Below are positions 29,901 through 48,745 of a stretch of 64,000 nucleotides of DNA, piece by piece. The stretch comes from the human T2T-CHM13v2.0 reference genome, Homo sapiens. A program made the position numbers and the translations under genes. The notes beneath the pieces are model-generated. The model worked only from the letters and a program-made list of their open reading frames with translations, was not told where the DNA came from and made no database searches. Where the stretch lies: assembly GCF_009914755.1 (NCBI RefSeq), contig NC_060934.1, one strand, 5' to 3'. The stretch's first letter is position 1; each line of letters begins with the position of its first letter.

Positions 29901-30686
29901 CCCTCACCACTAGGACCCATCCAAAAATCCTTTTAAGGTGGCACTATCTACATCAGTGGGTTTACCAGCCTTGGAGGTGTGTGTAGTTAGTAGCTATAAT
30001 AATGCAACAGTAAATTAAACTGCTGTGAATTTCTTGGTTTAGAACAAAAGAACCTATCACCCTGGAAGCTATAAAGTTGCATGAGGGGGCCAATAAAGAA
30101 GCTTGAGTTTCAGTTTTGAAACCTAAAAATGTTAAATGACTATCCTGTCCCTTTAACTATGTCAGAAATCAGAAAATAATGAAAAACTGCTTTGTTCTGA
30201 ATTTGATGAATTTTATATATGACTTTTCCTATAGTTAGTAAATAGGAAAAAAAGATTGGCAAGTGTCCAGTCATTAAATAATCATATATACTGGGCAATG
30301 TCAGTTCATTTCCTACTGGGCTTTATTTAAAGGAATTGGAATGACTGCAAGCTTTTTCTTGTTGGTTATTAGAAATCATTCAGATTCATAATGTGAACTT
30401 TCCCTCTACTGACAAATCTGCCCCTTCCTGTCTTCCATGTTCACTAATCAGATCTGACATGTTTATGAGTTCACCTAATATGTAATCATATTTAGTAGAG
30501 GCTGTTAAAATATTAATATAATAATCCCACTGAGAAATATGATGTTTACTTCTGTTGAAATGTGTGCCCCATTCTATATGTACCATTTTCTTTTCATTTG
30601 CACTCCCACTTCCCACCCTACTCCAAAAAAAGGAATGGACTACTCCTTTGATCACTGAGAGTTATAAAGTTTAAGAACTAAAAGTA

Positions 30687-31063
<377 letters not shown>

Positions 31064-31248
31064 CTAAATTCTTTCAGTTTATCTTGAAATCTCCTTGTAA
31101 AAGGATGCTCAGGTGCCAATGGGCGCTAGCCCTTCTGGGTTCCTTTTCTTTTCCATTCTAGCTCTTTAGAAATCTAGGTCTCCCTGCTATCACCATCTTC
31201 ATCACTAGGTGTGCTTACTTATCTCTTTCCATTCTAATCAAAGTGTAA

Positions 31249-31604
<356 letters not shown>

Positions 31605-31905
31605 TTTCTTTTTTTTTTTTTGAGACAAGGTCTCTCTCTGTTGTTTAGGCTGAAGTGCAGTGGCATGACCACGGCTCACTGCAGGCTCAACCTCCCAGGC
31701 TCAAGTAATCCTCCCACCTCAGCCTCCCAAGTAACTGAGACTACAGGCATGCACCACCACACACAGCTAATTTTTTTTTTTTTTTTGGTAGAGATGGAGT
31801 CTCACTATGCTGCCAAAGCTGGTCTCAGACTCCTGGGTTCAAGCAGTCCTTCTGCCCTGGCGTCCCAAAATTCTGGGATTACAGGCATGAGCCACCATGC
31901 CTGAC
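31605..31905 (-). mobile_element. AluJ
   Basis: Diverged Alu whose tail hosts the Ya5 copy. Confidence 0.9.
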
Positions 31906-31930
31906 TGGCTTTTTTTTTAAAGATGCTTTT

Positions 31931-32225
<295 letters not shown>

Positions 32226-32271
32226 TCAAAGGAAAATAATCGGAAAAAGATCTTTTAAAGTCATTATTTTT

Positions 32272-32598
<327 letters not shown>

Positions 32599-32929
32599 TT
32601 AAAGCCTGACAACAGCCTCTAGAGAGTATAATATAGACTTTTAAAAAATCTCTTCCTTTCCCCCTCAAAATCCTTGTAAGTTTTGCCTTGTTTCTCCTGG
32701 CCGCAGGAGCAAGAACACTGTTGTATCCCCATCCAGATTAATGTACCAGACTAAATATCTAAAGGATCAGCCTTAATGAGGTAGTAAAGTATTATACTAA
32801 AATAAATGTATATTATGACCCAGACTTACAATTCTCAACAGGGGATTTCTCCTCCTTTGGTTTCTCCTCCTTCATCCTCTGTCATGAGAGTTAAAATACC
32901 TTTCTTTTAAACATTTCCTAATCTGCCTA

Positions 32930-34200
32930 ATCTAATCCTAGCCATAGTCACATTTTGCCTGGATTATTTTATCAGCCTTCTAATTGATCTTTCTTCCTCT
33001 GCTTTTGCAACTTGCTCTTATTATCCCCTCCCCACCTTTCCAGCCCCTGCTCCATTCTCTGTGTGGCAGCTAGTATAAATATTTGTAAGGCACAAATCAG
33101 ACAATGCCATATGTGACTATTTCAAAACCTCCAGGGGCTCTCCTTTACACTTCAGATGAAATCTAAACTCTGTAGGATGGCCTAGAAGGCCTTATGTGAT
33201 CTTAGCCCCAGCCACCTTAATTCCCACCATTTTTCCTTAATTCCCACCATTTTCTTATTCATTCTGCCCAGCCACATTGGCCTTCTGTCTTTCACTTGAA
33301 CATACCATTGCACTAGCTCTTCCTTCTATCTAGAAGGATCTTCCCCAAGATCTTCACAAGACTGACATGTCATTCAAATCTCAGCTCAGGTGTCACTTCC
33401 TTTAGAGGCATTTCTTGACCACTCCAGTTAAAGTAGGCTGCACTCTTTACTTCTTTTCTTTTTCTTTTCTTTTTAAACATGATCTCACTCTGTTGCCCAG
33501 GCGTTCAAGCAGTTCTCGTGCCTCAGACTCCCAAGTAGCTGGAACCACATGTGCGCACCACCATGCCCAGCTAATTTTTGTATTTTGGGTTTTTTGTTTT
33601 GTTTTGTTTTGTTTTGTTTTGCGACAGAGTCTCACTCTGTTGCCCAGACTGGAGTGCAGTGGGCAATCTCAGGTCACTGTAACCTCTGCCTCCCGGGTTC
33701 AAGCGAGGGTTCACACACCATCAAGCCCAGCTAATTTTTGTATTTTTAATAGAGACAGGATTTCGCTATGTATGCCTGGCCAGGCTGGCCTTGAACTCCT
33801 GACCTCAAGTGATCCACCCACCTTGGCCTTCCAAAGTGCTGGGATTACAGGCGTGAGCCACCGTGCTGGCTGTATTAATAGAGACGAAGTTTCACTATGT
33901 TGACCAGGCTGGTCTCGAACTCCTAACCTCAAGTGATCTGTCCGCCTCAGCCTCCCAAAGTGCTGGGATTACAGGCATGAGCTGCTACCATGCCTGCCTT
34001 TACTCCTTATTTTATCTTTCTTTGTTTTCTTCACAATCCTTACTGGTTTGTGAAATTAACATATTTATATATGTTCTTTCTCCACTCCTCTTCAGAGAAG
34101 GCAAAGACACTTTGTATGCCTGTTCACAGCAGTTTCCCTATTACCTGGTAAAGTGCCCAGCATAGAGTAGTCACTCAATAAACTGTTGTTGGTTGATTGA
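32930..34200 (+). mobile_element. L2 3' fragments interrupted by Alus
   Basis: L2 3' end AGTGCCCAGCATAGAGTAGTCACTCAATAAA...GTTG; AAGGCCTTATGTGATCT. Confidence 0.75.
33455..33997 (-). mobile_element. Nested Alus: older Alu split at its linker by a second Alu (about 33590-33870)
   Basis: Right arm, full deleted Alu, then left arm in succession. Confidence 0.85.
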
Positions 34201-36509
34201 TACCACTAAAGTTCCAGGTTTAGTCAAAATTGTTGTCCTGCCCCTCCTAGGCTACAGCCTTATCCCCTGCAAAACCCTTGCCTATTTTATTCTTAAATTA
34301 ATTCAGCATTTAATCATTATATCCCCTTTCCCCCCATAGTTCTCAATGCCAGAGCCTTTCCTTAAAGCCTTTCTCAAAGCCAAATGGAATCCTTAGATAT
34401 CTTTTATCATTTGCATCTTTCTTGTCATAAATACTTTGTTCATCTAGTCCTTGCAACCCCAGTACTAAAGAGTGTCCTATGTCTGGAATGTCTTTCTCTA
34501 CTTACTATACCCTTCCTTTTGGTTAAAGCAGATTTGGATGCAAACTAGAAATACTTGTCATTTCACCATAAAGTTCAGTCAGTCCACTATGTATTTCCCA
34601 ACCTATACATAATACAGTTAGTAAAGTCAGCATACTTAGTATTACAATGATAGTTGATGATCAAGCCAGTTGGTGTCTGCAAGTGTCTATTTTTCCCTCC
34701 TGGCCCAGGCTGCAGCTTCAGAGAAATTCATGGTAATTTTGAAAGTGGTACGTGAAATATGTTTTCGGAGAGGAAACTAGTCCCTAGCCTTTGAGAACTA
34801 AGCTGAAGGACAGTTCCAGAAATACTTAACTCCTTTCATTTTGTGTGCTTGTCACCTGACAGCTTCTTTCTTTCTTGTGGAGACAACTGTTCACTATAAA
34901 CAAAAAAGAAGAGGGAGATGTGCAGGGGTGGCAGAAACTTAGTGTTACCATTAAGCTGAGGCTGTTTGTCAGCTTTCCAAGACACTTGAACAGTAGTGGT
35001 TGAGTCATCAGGCTTTTGTTGGGAAAGCCAAATCAATTCTACTGCAACCAGTAACCATTATATCTCCCATACACTCTAATATACAACCTTTTGATTTTTT
35101 AATAATTGAACTTTTTCATTGTGTCCTTGTAGATTTTCAGAAGTTCTCAAATTGGAATTTTGCTGAATTTACTTTAGATAATTGTAGAAAAATCTGTATT
35201 GGAGAATGGTAGAAGAAAGGGGCATGACAACAAAGACCTTTAGATTTCTCTACAAACATAATACCTTAGTTACAAATAAAATTCATATTACAGTGGATTT
35301 ATCAGTAGGAATACTGTACTCTTAGAAGTTTTTTTAAAATAACTTTATTAAAATATAATTTACATACAATAAAATACACCCATTTGAAGTATATAGTTCA
35401 ATGAATGTTGGCAACTGGCGTAACAATCAAGTTAGAGAACATTTTCATTGTCCCAAAAACATCCCTTGTACCCTTCCCCAGTCAGTCCCATCTCTACATC
35501 CAGCCTCAGGCAACCACTGATCTGTTTTTCTAACAATTAGAATTACTGTTCCTAGAGTTTCATACGAGTAGAATCATAATGGACTCATTTGTACCTGGCT
35601 TCTTTGATTCAGCATGTTTTTGAGGTTCATCTTTACCATTTTGTGTGTCTGTGGTTTATTCTTTTTGTTGCTGAGTACTATTCCATTCTACAGCAGCATC
35701 ACAGTTTGTTTACCAGTTAATCTTTTGATGGACATTTGGATTATTACCATTTTGGATTTTTATTAATATGGAAGCAAAAAACATTAAAGTACCAGTCTTT
35801 GTGTTGAACTGTGTTTCGTTTTAAGGAGGTAAGTACCTAAAGTGGAATTGCTGGGTTGTTTGGTAAGTATATGTTTAACTTTACAAAAAACTGTCAACTT
35901 GTTTTCCAAAGTAGTTGTACCATTAAACGTGACTGCCAACAATGTGTGAGAGACCCAGTTGTTCCTCATTCTTGTCCACACTTAGTATTGTCAGTCTTTT
36001 AAATTTTAGCCATTCTAGTAAGTGTGTCATAATGTCTTGATATTTTAATTTGCATTTCCCTAATGACTAATAATGTTGAACATCTTTTCATATGCTTATT
36101 GGCATCTGTGGATCTTTTTTTGTGAAGTATCTGTTCAAATCTTTTGCCTATTTAATAAAACAGGATTTTTTAAAAATTATTATTGAGTTCTAAGAGTTCT
36201 TTATAGATGCTGGATACAAGTCCTTTGTGAAATACATTTATTGCAAATGTTAATAAAAATGACAAATCATTTTTGGAAATCATGTTTTGAACATGCCAAT
36301 TTACTGACTTTTTTTTCCTTTTATAATGTTTGCCTATTCCAAGAACGTCAAGGTTTTCTCCTGTGTTTTCTTTTAGAAGTTTTATAGTTTTAGCTCCTAT
36401 ATATAAATCTAGAATTAAGTTAATTTTTGTATATGATGTGAAGTTAGGAACAGACTTCATTTCCTCTATGGATATCCAATTGTTGAAAGACAATCCTTTC
36501 CCTATTTAA

Positions 36510-36875
<366 letters not shown>

Positions 36876-36991
36876 TGATCTACACTTGTGTCCTTACACC
36901 AAAGCCACACTATCTTGATTACTATTACATATCTTGAAATTTACTAGTCTGAGTCTTCCATCTTTTTTCAAAGGGTTTTGTGGTTTTTTAG

Positions 36992-37300
<309 letters not shown>

Positions 37301-37490
37301 GTTTTTTTTATTTTCAGGAATATTTTGGTTAAGTTTAGGTCCTTTGCTTTTCTTTACAAATTTTAGAATCAGCGAGTTAATTTGCCTGCTGAGACTTTGA
37401 TATTGCACTAACTCTATAGGTTGATTTGGAAAGAATAAACATCTTAATAGATCCAATTTCTGAATACAGTGTATCTCTCCATTTATTTAA

Positions 37491-37855
<365 letters not shown>

Positions 37856-37964
37856 AAACTTTATCAAATTTATTTCTGAGAATTTTATGTTTTTATGGTA
37901 CTACAAATTGTATAGGTGGATGGTTTTCAAAAAATGTATTCTTTTTTAATAGGTGTAGGAGTCA

Positions 37965-38160
37965 CTCTCAGGGTGACTAGTGACCTGAAAAGGGACACAA
38001 AGGGGGCTAGTGAGTCTCGTGATGATCTGTTTCTTGATCTGGGTGTTGGTTATGTGAGTATGTTCACCTTGTGAAAATTAGTTGAGTACATTTAAGATTA
38101 AGCATTTCTATTTATGTTATACTTTAATGAAAATTAAAATAGAAAAAATATATAGTGAAA
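37965..38160 (+). mobile_element. Old L1 (L1MC/ME) 3' end
   Basis: TCTTGATCTGGGTGTTGGTTA...TTCACCTTGTGAAAATT...TATGTTATACTTTAAT. Confidence 0.7.
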
Positions 38161-38239
38161 AAGAAGAATGTACTTTCAAAAAGAGAGGGAAGGCTCAGCT
38201 CCAACAGTGTTATAAGCTCATTAAGAGTGTTGATTGACG

Positions 38240-38470
38240 GAACACTTGACTGTATGCTAGGTGGTGTGCTAAGCATGCTTTTCATGAGGGTTTTTTAATT
38301 TGTTCCTTACAAAAACCCAATGAAATAGAACCTATTATATTATTTTCCCAGTTTTATAGATGAGAGAATTAGACTCAGAAGGATCAAGTTATTTATTCCA
38401 TGTCACACAGCTGCTAAATTGAAGAGCTAGAATTTGAAACCAGGTCTTTTTACTCCAGGGCCAAAGCTTT
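38240..38470 (-). mobile_element. MIR
   Basis: TTTTATAGATGAG...GTCACACAGCT...AGAGCTAGAATTTGAA. Confidence 0.8.
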
Positions 38471-39387
38471 TAAAACAATACAGTATGGGGTAGTGGTTGA
38501 GAGTAACCCATTTGTTAATGGATCTCAGGTATGTGTCTTTCTGCCTCATCAAAAAAATACTCGTTTTGAGGGGTGGTGACTAAAATGTATACCAGCTAGA
38601 ATAGCCCAGAACAGTTGATAAATACGTGAAATCTCAGTTTATACTTTATGTCTAATAACCAAATGTGTAATTCCCACTTATGACTTGATCATTGAAAGTA
38701 TCACAAAGTCTTATCTTTAGCTTCTGCAGTAGGATACCCAGACTTTTTAAATCCTTAGGCAGTTTTACCTAACAGTCTGATAGCCACTGATCAAAGCATG
38801 ACTCCTCATGATTATAGCAATATCTCGTTTATTTAATGTATAAGTGGAATAATTTCATTAAGCTGCTGATTGTTCTTCTCTGTTACTGGCATTCTGGTCT
38901 TTATCCAGAAAACAGTACTCCAGTAGCACCCAACTCATGTCCATTTCCACCTTTTAAAAGACAAAGGGTGCATTTTAAAAGGCAAATATATAAAAAATGA
39001 TAGAGTTTGGGAGGTTTTCATTATTGGGATTAGAAGTGGCATTTAGTCAAGCTTATAAGCCTGCCTGTGTGTTAGTTCTCTAAATCTTCACATTTCATGA
39101 GTTTTCATTTCTGAGATACAAACTAATAACTTACACAAAAAGCAGCCCTAAACTCCCCCAAGGCCTGTGTCCAACAAGGTTCTTAGTAATCATTTTTAGT
39201 CTGTATCATAGGCAACAGTGGCATTTATGCTAGAAAACATCCACCTCAACACACCAGGATTACAGGTGTCAGCTCCTTCTGTGTATATAAAATGGCCTAA
39301 TGCCATTCTTGAAAATATGCTTTCAGCTGTGTATCTTTACTTTGTAAAGAGCCCTGTGTATAGGATTTAACATCTAGAAAATAAGCA

Positions 39388-39500
39388 AGCCTCAAGAGTT
39401 CAGGGCTGCAGTGAGCTATGATCACACCACTGCACTCTAGCCTGAGTGACAGAACAAGACCCTGTTTCTAAAAATAAAAGTAAATAAATAAAAGAAAATA
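39388..39500 (+). mobile_element. Truncated AluJ/FLAM
   Basis: GGCTGCAGTGAGCTATGATCACACCACTGCAC; TSD-like AGAAAATAAG(G)CAAGCCT. Confidence 0.85.
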
Positions 39501-39897
39501 AGGCAAGCCTGAGCCTTGAAATGAATTATCTAAATGTGGTACAGTTTTATAGCATGTTCCACATTGAGTATGTCTGAGCAGGGATGAACTCTATGGTAAC
39601 ATGGGTCTTTCTGCCACATTTGGGTTGCCTTAAGTAAATATGCCAAAGATCCATCAAATTACTTTGAAAAGTACCCAGTTGTACCCATTTGTGATTATCC
39701 TTTAAAGAAATACTTTCTTCAGAGTAGCAAAAGTTTCTATTGATTTCTGAATCTTTTCCCAGTGTCCCCCAGCTTCAAACTTGGGTGTGATTTTGTCTCC
39801 TTTTTTCTCATACTCATATCCAGTCGATCAGCAAATTCAGTAGGATCTGTCTTCAGAATATACACTGAATCCCAATTATTTCTCACCACCTCCATAG

Positions 39898-40253
<356 letters not shown>

Positions 40254-40374
40254 GAAGTAGTGTCTTAATTGGCCTCCTTCTATTTATGTCCCATATAGTT
40301 TTAAAGGACCACATAGCAGTGGTCCTTTTAAACGGTGTCAGATTGTGTCGCTATTATGCTTCTGGGTGTTTGCC

Positions 40375-40652
40375 CATGTGGCCCCTCTGTATGGCTTCTC
40401 ATCCTCCATACCTGTCTCTTTCTCAGATTAGCCTGAGTTTCTTACATGGTAGCTCAACGCTCTAAGGAGTAAGCAGAAGTTGCCTGGGCTTAGAAGTCCC
40501 AGAATGGAATGCAACTTTCTCCCCATTCTCTTAGTCAAAGCCCAGATTCACAGAATAGGACATAATCTCCGCCTTTTGATGGGAGGAGTAGCATTCATGT
40601 AGAGGGAGGGCTGGAGTTGCTGGGGCCAATCTGTGGAGATTAGTTACCACCA
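40375..40652 (-). mobile_element. Old MaLR LTR fragment (MLT1J-like)
   Basis: CTTACATGGTAGCTCA...CCCAGATTCA...TTGATGGGAGGAG...TACCAC. Confidence 0.6.
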
Positions 40653-41122
40653 CCGGAATGACCAGGATGATTTGACCCTGGCTACTTCTCCAGCCTTAAC
40701 TTTTCCTTGCTCACTCTGCTCCAGCCACACCAGGCCCTCTTGTTCCTTGAACATCCCAGGCCGACTGCCACCCAGGACCTAGGGTCTCAAAATTTCCATT
40801 GCCTAGACCATTCTTCCTCGCTGTCTAGTCCTCATTTCCTTCATGTCTGAGTTAAAATGTCACCTTTTTCAGGAAATGATCTCTAACCACTTAGACTTAA
40901 ATAATCCTATTAGTTTTTTGTTAATTGCTGCCTAATCACCACAAACTTAGCAAGTTAAAACAACACGTATTTATTAATTCTGTGTGTAGTTCTGAGGGTC
41001 AGAAGTGTGGCACATAGTGGCTGGGTTCTCTGCTGAGAGCATCTCAAGGCTTAAATCAATCAAGGTGTTGGGCTGGACTGAGTTCTCATCTGGAAGCTCA
41101 GAGGGAAAATCCTCTTCTCAGC

Positions 41123-41428
<306 letters not shown>

Positions 41429-41763
41429 CTCAGCTCATTCTTGTAGTAGGCAGAATTCAGTTCCTTGCTGTTGTAGGACTGAGGCCCCCATTTTCTTACT
41501 GGCTGTCAGCTGGGGGCTCCTTTCAGCAGCTAGAGACTGACCACATTCCTTGCCAGCTGTCCCCCTTCCTCTTCTGTAACCCGTTGAAGCAAACTCTGTG
41601 CTTGTAAAGCCTCATACGATTAGGTCAGATCCACCTGAGTAATCTCCTTATCTTAAGGTCAGCTGATTTGGATCCCTCTTTTAATGACAGCAATACCTAC
41701 ATTACTGTTTGAATAACTCAGAGAAGGTATGTGTACACCAGGGGCCAAGAGTCTTGGGGACCA

Positions 41764-42063
<300 letters not shown>

Positions 42064-42183
42064 GAATCTTGGGGACCATCTTAGAATTTTGCCTACCACA
42101 ATAACATACTTTTTTCCTGTCCCCTTATCCTGCTTTTTCTTCATAGCACTACCTACATTATATTTTCTAAGTATTTGCTTGTA

Positions 42184-42404
42184 TTTTGTTTGTTTGTTTG
42201 TTTGTTTGTTTGGGGGGACAGAGTCTCGCCCTGTTGCCCAGGCTGGAGGGAAGTGGTGCAATCTCAGCTCACTGCAACCTCTGCCTCCTGGGTTCAAGCG
42301 ATTCTCCTGCCTCAGCCTCCTGAGTAGCTGGGATTACAGGTGTGTTCTCCTCACCTTTGCCTCCCAAAATGCTGGGATTACAGGTATAAGCTACTGCACC
42401 TGGC
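42184..42404 (-). mobile_element. Alu with large internal deletion
   Basis: Right arm joined to 5' end of left arm. Confidence 0.88.
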
Positions 42405-42703
42405 TGCTTCTGTTTTTAATGTGCCTTTCACACTAAGAGTATATGTTAGTGATGTTAGAGACTGTCATTTTTGTTCACTGTTATATTCCTAGTACCAAGG
42501 ACAGTGTTTGGCACATTATAGAGGTTCAGTAAATACTTATTGAATGAATCAATTAATAAAAAAGACTTCATGGGAAATACGGAATATTTTATGTTATGGA
42601 AAAAGGTAGATTGAGCATATGAGTGTTATTTTAGCTTTATGTCCAAAAAGGTACCACAGAGTCTCAGAATATTCATTGGTTTCTTTTCATGAGGAACTTC
42701 TTA

Positions 42704-43439
<736 letters not shown>

Positions 43440-43691
43440 TTATTTGTGTATCTTCAAATATTAAGAATGTCTTCTGCAAACTTTTGGAAATGGATGCTTA
43501 GTCTTCTAGTATTATAGCTGATTTACCAACTTTCTATGGTATTTCTGTGGTTTTCCACGTAATTGCTAATAGAATAACAGAGTGGGCTCAATCATGTAGA
43601 CATAATATAGCATGCCATACCAGAAAATCATATATATTTCCCTCATTTTCAATACTAATCATTTTATGTTTCTTTTAACCCCCTTCTACAG

Positions 43692-43923
43692 ACAAAACTT
43701 GCCAATGGCACTTCCAGTATGATTGTGCCCAAGCAACGGAAACTCTCAGCAAGCTATGAAAAGGAAAAGGAACTGTGTGTCAAATACTTTGAGCAGTGGT
43801 CAGAGTCAGATCAAGTGGAATTTGTGGAACATCTTATATCCCAAATGTGTCATTACCAACATGGGCACATAAACTCGTATCTTAAACCTATGTTGCAGAG
43901 AGATTTCATAACTGCTCTGCCAG
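43692..43923 (+). CDS. BTRC: BTRC exon 5, 232 nt (TKLANG...FITALP), D dimerisation domain
   Basis: ccttctacAG / GTATGT boundaries; ORF-track peptide [68 protein letters not shown]. Confidence 0.97.
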
Positions 43924-44067
43924 GTATGTCTACAAGTGTTTGTAAACCATTAATTTGCTATGATGATAAGAGAACTAGATCTCCAGCTATATATCTCTCT
44001 TTAAAAGTCTTTATTGGGTTGATTTTTACAAATTAAGTTCCTTAACTGTACCTTTTTGATATAAAGC

Positions 44068-44383
44068 TTTTTTTTTTTTTTTTTTTTTTTTTTTGAGATG
44101 GAGTCTTGCCCTGTCGCCCAGGCTGGAATGCAGTGGTGTGATCTCAGCTCACTGCAACACTGCAAGCTCCACCTCCCGGCTTAACGCCATTCTCCTGCCT
44201 CAGCCTTCTGAGTAGCTGGGACTACAGGCGCCCGCCACCACACTGGGCTAATTTTTTGTATTTTTAGTAGAGATGGGGTTTACCATGTTAGCCAGGATGG
44301 TCTGGATCTCCTGACCTCGTGATCCACCTGCCTCGGCCTCCCAAAGTGCTGGGATTACAGGCGTGAGCCACCACGCCCAGCTG
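44068..44383 (-). mobile_element. AluY-like
   Basis: TSD TATAAAGCTTT. Confidence 0.93.
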
Positions 44384-44389
44384 GTATAA

Positions 44390-44891
<502 letters not shown>

Positions 44892-44963
44892 TAGTTCATG
44901 TTTATGTACTTGGATTTGTATTTCTATGAGAATATATCAACAGAATATTTAAATTCTACAGAT

Positions 44964-45303
<340 letters not shown>

Positions 45304-45589
45304 TTAGTTGAAGTTTTTAGAAAGAAGGATATCTCATAAGCCTTGTTGTGGTGTTAAATAAATATAAAATGATACATAAAATCATTTTTTTGGAGGATGC
45401 TGTGGTTTTTCTGAATGCTTAAGGGCAGACAAGAACACTGCCAAGGTGTCAGTATTTGGGGGGAATGCTATTTCAGCAAAATAGGAGTCTTGTGTATTCA
45501 AAGTTTATTTTAAGAGAAAAAAATCATACCAGCATGAATGAATCTTATATTAAATATCATTACCTTGTTAGGGGAGGGGTTTTGGTTGT

Positions 45590-46125
45590 TGTTTTCCAAT
45601 TATAGAAGTTATAGGAAACTTAGAAAATATTTAAAAACATTTCCTAGAACCCCACCATTCAGAAAGAACTACTGATTTGCTAAGTTATTAATATTTTGGC
45701 AGGTAGCCTGTTTTCTCTACGTATGTGTATTTGCCTATAAAGCTTTGATCATAAATGTTTTGTGACCATTTTTTCTTAATACATTCTCTTAATGTATTTT
45801 TCTAAATTTGTGTTCTCAAAACATACTTTTCAGTTGTTGCATAATATTCTTCACAATGGTTGAAGCACATATTATTTAACCCCTTTATTGAACATTTAGG
45901 TAGTTTCAAAATTTTTTCATATTATAAACCATATGATGATGAATTTTTATACATTAATCTTGTAGGAATCCTAGGGAAAAAAATACAGACATAGAATCAC
46001 TATATATTAAGGAATGTGAACATTTTAAGGCTTTTAATACATGGTGCCAAACTATCCCCTAATAAAAATATACCAGCTCATAGCCTCCCAACTATTAATA
46101 CTACTTTGTTTTATATTTGCCAATT
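45590..46125 (-). mobile_element. Very old L1ME-like fragment
   Basis: ATTGAACATTTAGGTAGTTTC; CATTTTAAGGCTTTTAATACATGGTGCCAAACT. Confidence 0.55.
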
Positions 46126-48053
46126 ATACCTTTTTAAAATTTTTGTTTTTCTAAACTAGGAATTTAAGTTGCTGTTTAAAACAAAAGAAGTACCTATTTA
46201 TATCTTAGGAATAACCACTATAAAAACTGAATTTTACCTATATCTTTTGTTAAACAGAATAGATTTTTGCCCCCTCTTTACTCATTGGATTTTGTTTTAG
46301 CCATAGGCAAATAGTTTTCTTTGTACAAAACAGTCTGTGTGTACCTCATTACTTTGTTCTCCCCAGTCACTGAGACATGTTACTATCTCAAGCTTATACC
46401 ACTAAGAATTGAACAGGAGTTGATTAGACCTGTGTATCCTTTACCTAATATTGATCCCTGGTTTGTATCCACTGACCACTCTATGAGGTATTAAATCATC
46501 AATCTAATGCTTTATGGCCATTTAAACTTATAAACCTATATACCATCTGGCTATGTTTAGTAAACCAAACTACTTCAAAAAGTGCCTGTAGTCCATTAAT
46601 GTAATGGGTTTGTTTGGAGTGTTAGGTGAAATTACTTCCAAAGACTTATTTATAGGTACATGGTGAAATGATCAGGAACAATTTGATGGCACCCATTAAA
46701 AACACAGGACTGCATTTTGGAAATTTCTGATGGTGTAGAAAGTTTTAATATAAATTGTACCATTACTGTATTTAACATGAAGAACTAATTATTATATCTT
46801 TAATTGGCTTTTGTTCATGTTCCTTTAATAAGAATTGGGTAATGCATGTCTCCATCTGCTTATGCTTACATACGAACATGTGATGCCAGCCAAACAAAAT
46901 CCATTTAATGCTTTCTTTCTCAAGTCTGCTGAAAAGTGTGACTGATATCCATACAATCTTTATAATTAAAATGATATGATTCAGGGGAAAGGCCCAAAAT
47001 GAAATGCCATGTTCTCTTTCTTGTTAAGTTTGTGCCTACGGGAGTGAGAGTATGAAGGAATCCTTCTGAACTATTTAAGTCTGTAGAAAACCTCTGATAT
47101 GTACTTTGTAAACAGAAATAACTTTGAATGTTTTTATCTCAGTTGTAAATGTAGAACAGCAGGCAAAAGAAGTTTTTTTAGTGAGATCATCCTATTTTAT
47201 AGGATCTTTTCTTCTGAGACCTCAGTACAGATTTGGGTGGTGGAGAACTTTAATTGGGAAGCCCTTCTGGTTTACACTCCCCAAGATCTGTTCTCCACTG
47301 TTTTCCTCTGCACCTCCTACAAAATATTCTCTGAAATGCTAACCAAGTTATCTTTTGGTCTGGAATTTTTTTTCATTTTTGCCCAACTGTCATTTAGGTT
47401 TTATAGCAGCAGCTACTCTCAAATATAGTTTTTTTAAATCTGAAATTAAACCCATTCTTGAACTTAAACATACATCTCTGTCTTTCTCTTGGGATATTTC
47501 CATGCCATTCTGTATTTCCTTCTTCTCTCCTTTCTGCATGCCCAAAATTCTATAACCCAGCACATTCTGACTTAGTGCCTCTCCCCTAGTACATTTAAAG
47601 GACATTTCTTTTACCGAACAGCTTTGGAACTACAGCAGTAATAGAAACAGAATGAGAAATGGACCTAATATAGAGATTTGGGGGGGTCTGAATCATAGAG
47701 TTTGAGATGCCATCCATAGAACATCCCCTAGTGCTGAAATCCATATAGATAGATGTGAATTGTTTTCTGGAATCCTTTTTATTTTTAATGTCTTGGGGGG
47801 TTTGCTGGTTGTTAGCTTTAACTTCCTTATCTAAAGGAAGATGGAAAATACTGTTCATTTCTGTAACCTTATGGAAAAATTATTGACACTCATTTTACCC
47901 AAGCCTCTGTTTGAAAAAGAAACTGGACCACACTAGGGACAATGATGTGCCTTCATAGCAGAACAAATGCTGTTCTGTTTTAAAGGACCTTTTGTAAAAA
48001 ATCATTCGCCACCTTCTGTGTTCTTTTTCTTTGCCTCCTCCCCCTACTGAAAG

Positions 48054-48240
48054 CTCGGGGATTGGATCATATTGCTGAGAACATTCTGTCATACCTGGAT
48101 GCCAAATCACTATGTGCTGCTGAACTTGTGTGCAAGGAATGGTACCGAGTGACCTCTGATGGCATGCTGTGGAAGAAGCTTATTGAGAGAATGGTCAGGA
48201 CAGATTCTCTGTGGAGAGGCCTGGCAGAACGAAGAGGATG
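48054..48240 (+). CDS. BTRC: BTRC exon 6, 187 nt, F-box ([30 protein letters not shown]...RRGW)
   Basis: aAG acceptor after pyrimidine tract, GTGAGC donor; F-box motif; phase fits exon 5. Confidence 0.97.
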
Positions 48241-48537
48241 GTGAGCCTTTAACTTTTCTTACTCTTATACGGCTTCAGGACCTGGCCATTCACAGTCACT
48301 GAAAGATTTTTGGGGAGCCAATGAGACCACTTCTCATTTAATATGGTGATTTTGTTGATTTCTAGCTTAAAATGTAACAGAGAACAAATGTTCATATACT
48401 CAGCAGTTTTTCTTCTTACCTGTCACTCACAAAATGACATGATATTGTATTAATACTGCTTTGCAAAAAATAATGGAAAGCTGATCAGCCCTCCTGTTTA
48501 AAACATTCTGTTATCTGGGCAGAAGTTGGTATCCTGT

Positions 48538-48745
48538 GGCTGGGCACAGTGCGTTCACGCCTGCAATCCCAGCACTTTCGGAGGCCAAGGTGGGCAGATC
48601 ACTCGAGGCCAGGAGTTTGAGACCAGCCTGGCCAACGTGGCGAAACCCCAACTCTACTAAAAATACAAAATTTAGCCGAGTATGGTGGCGTGCACCTGTA
48701 ATCCCAGCTACTGTAGAGGCTGAGGCAGGAGAATCGCATGAACCC
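48538..48745 (+). mobile_element. 3'-truncated AluS (no tail)
   Basis: Alu text stops at GAATCGCATGAACCC. Confidence 0.9.

Noticed and set aside
33215-33254. Short tandem duplications (20-mer here; also near 7540, 14946, 53981, 55871)
   Set aside because: Ordinary slippage events with no sign of function
43924-44036. In-frame continuation of the exon 5 ORF into the intron (similarly after exons 7 and 10)
   Set aside because: Canonical donors end the exons; the tails lack homology and are chance read-through
48051-48053. AAG rather than YAG acceptor for the F-box exon
   Set aside because: Uncommon but normal; strong pyrimidine tract upstream and no competing AG nearby
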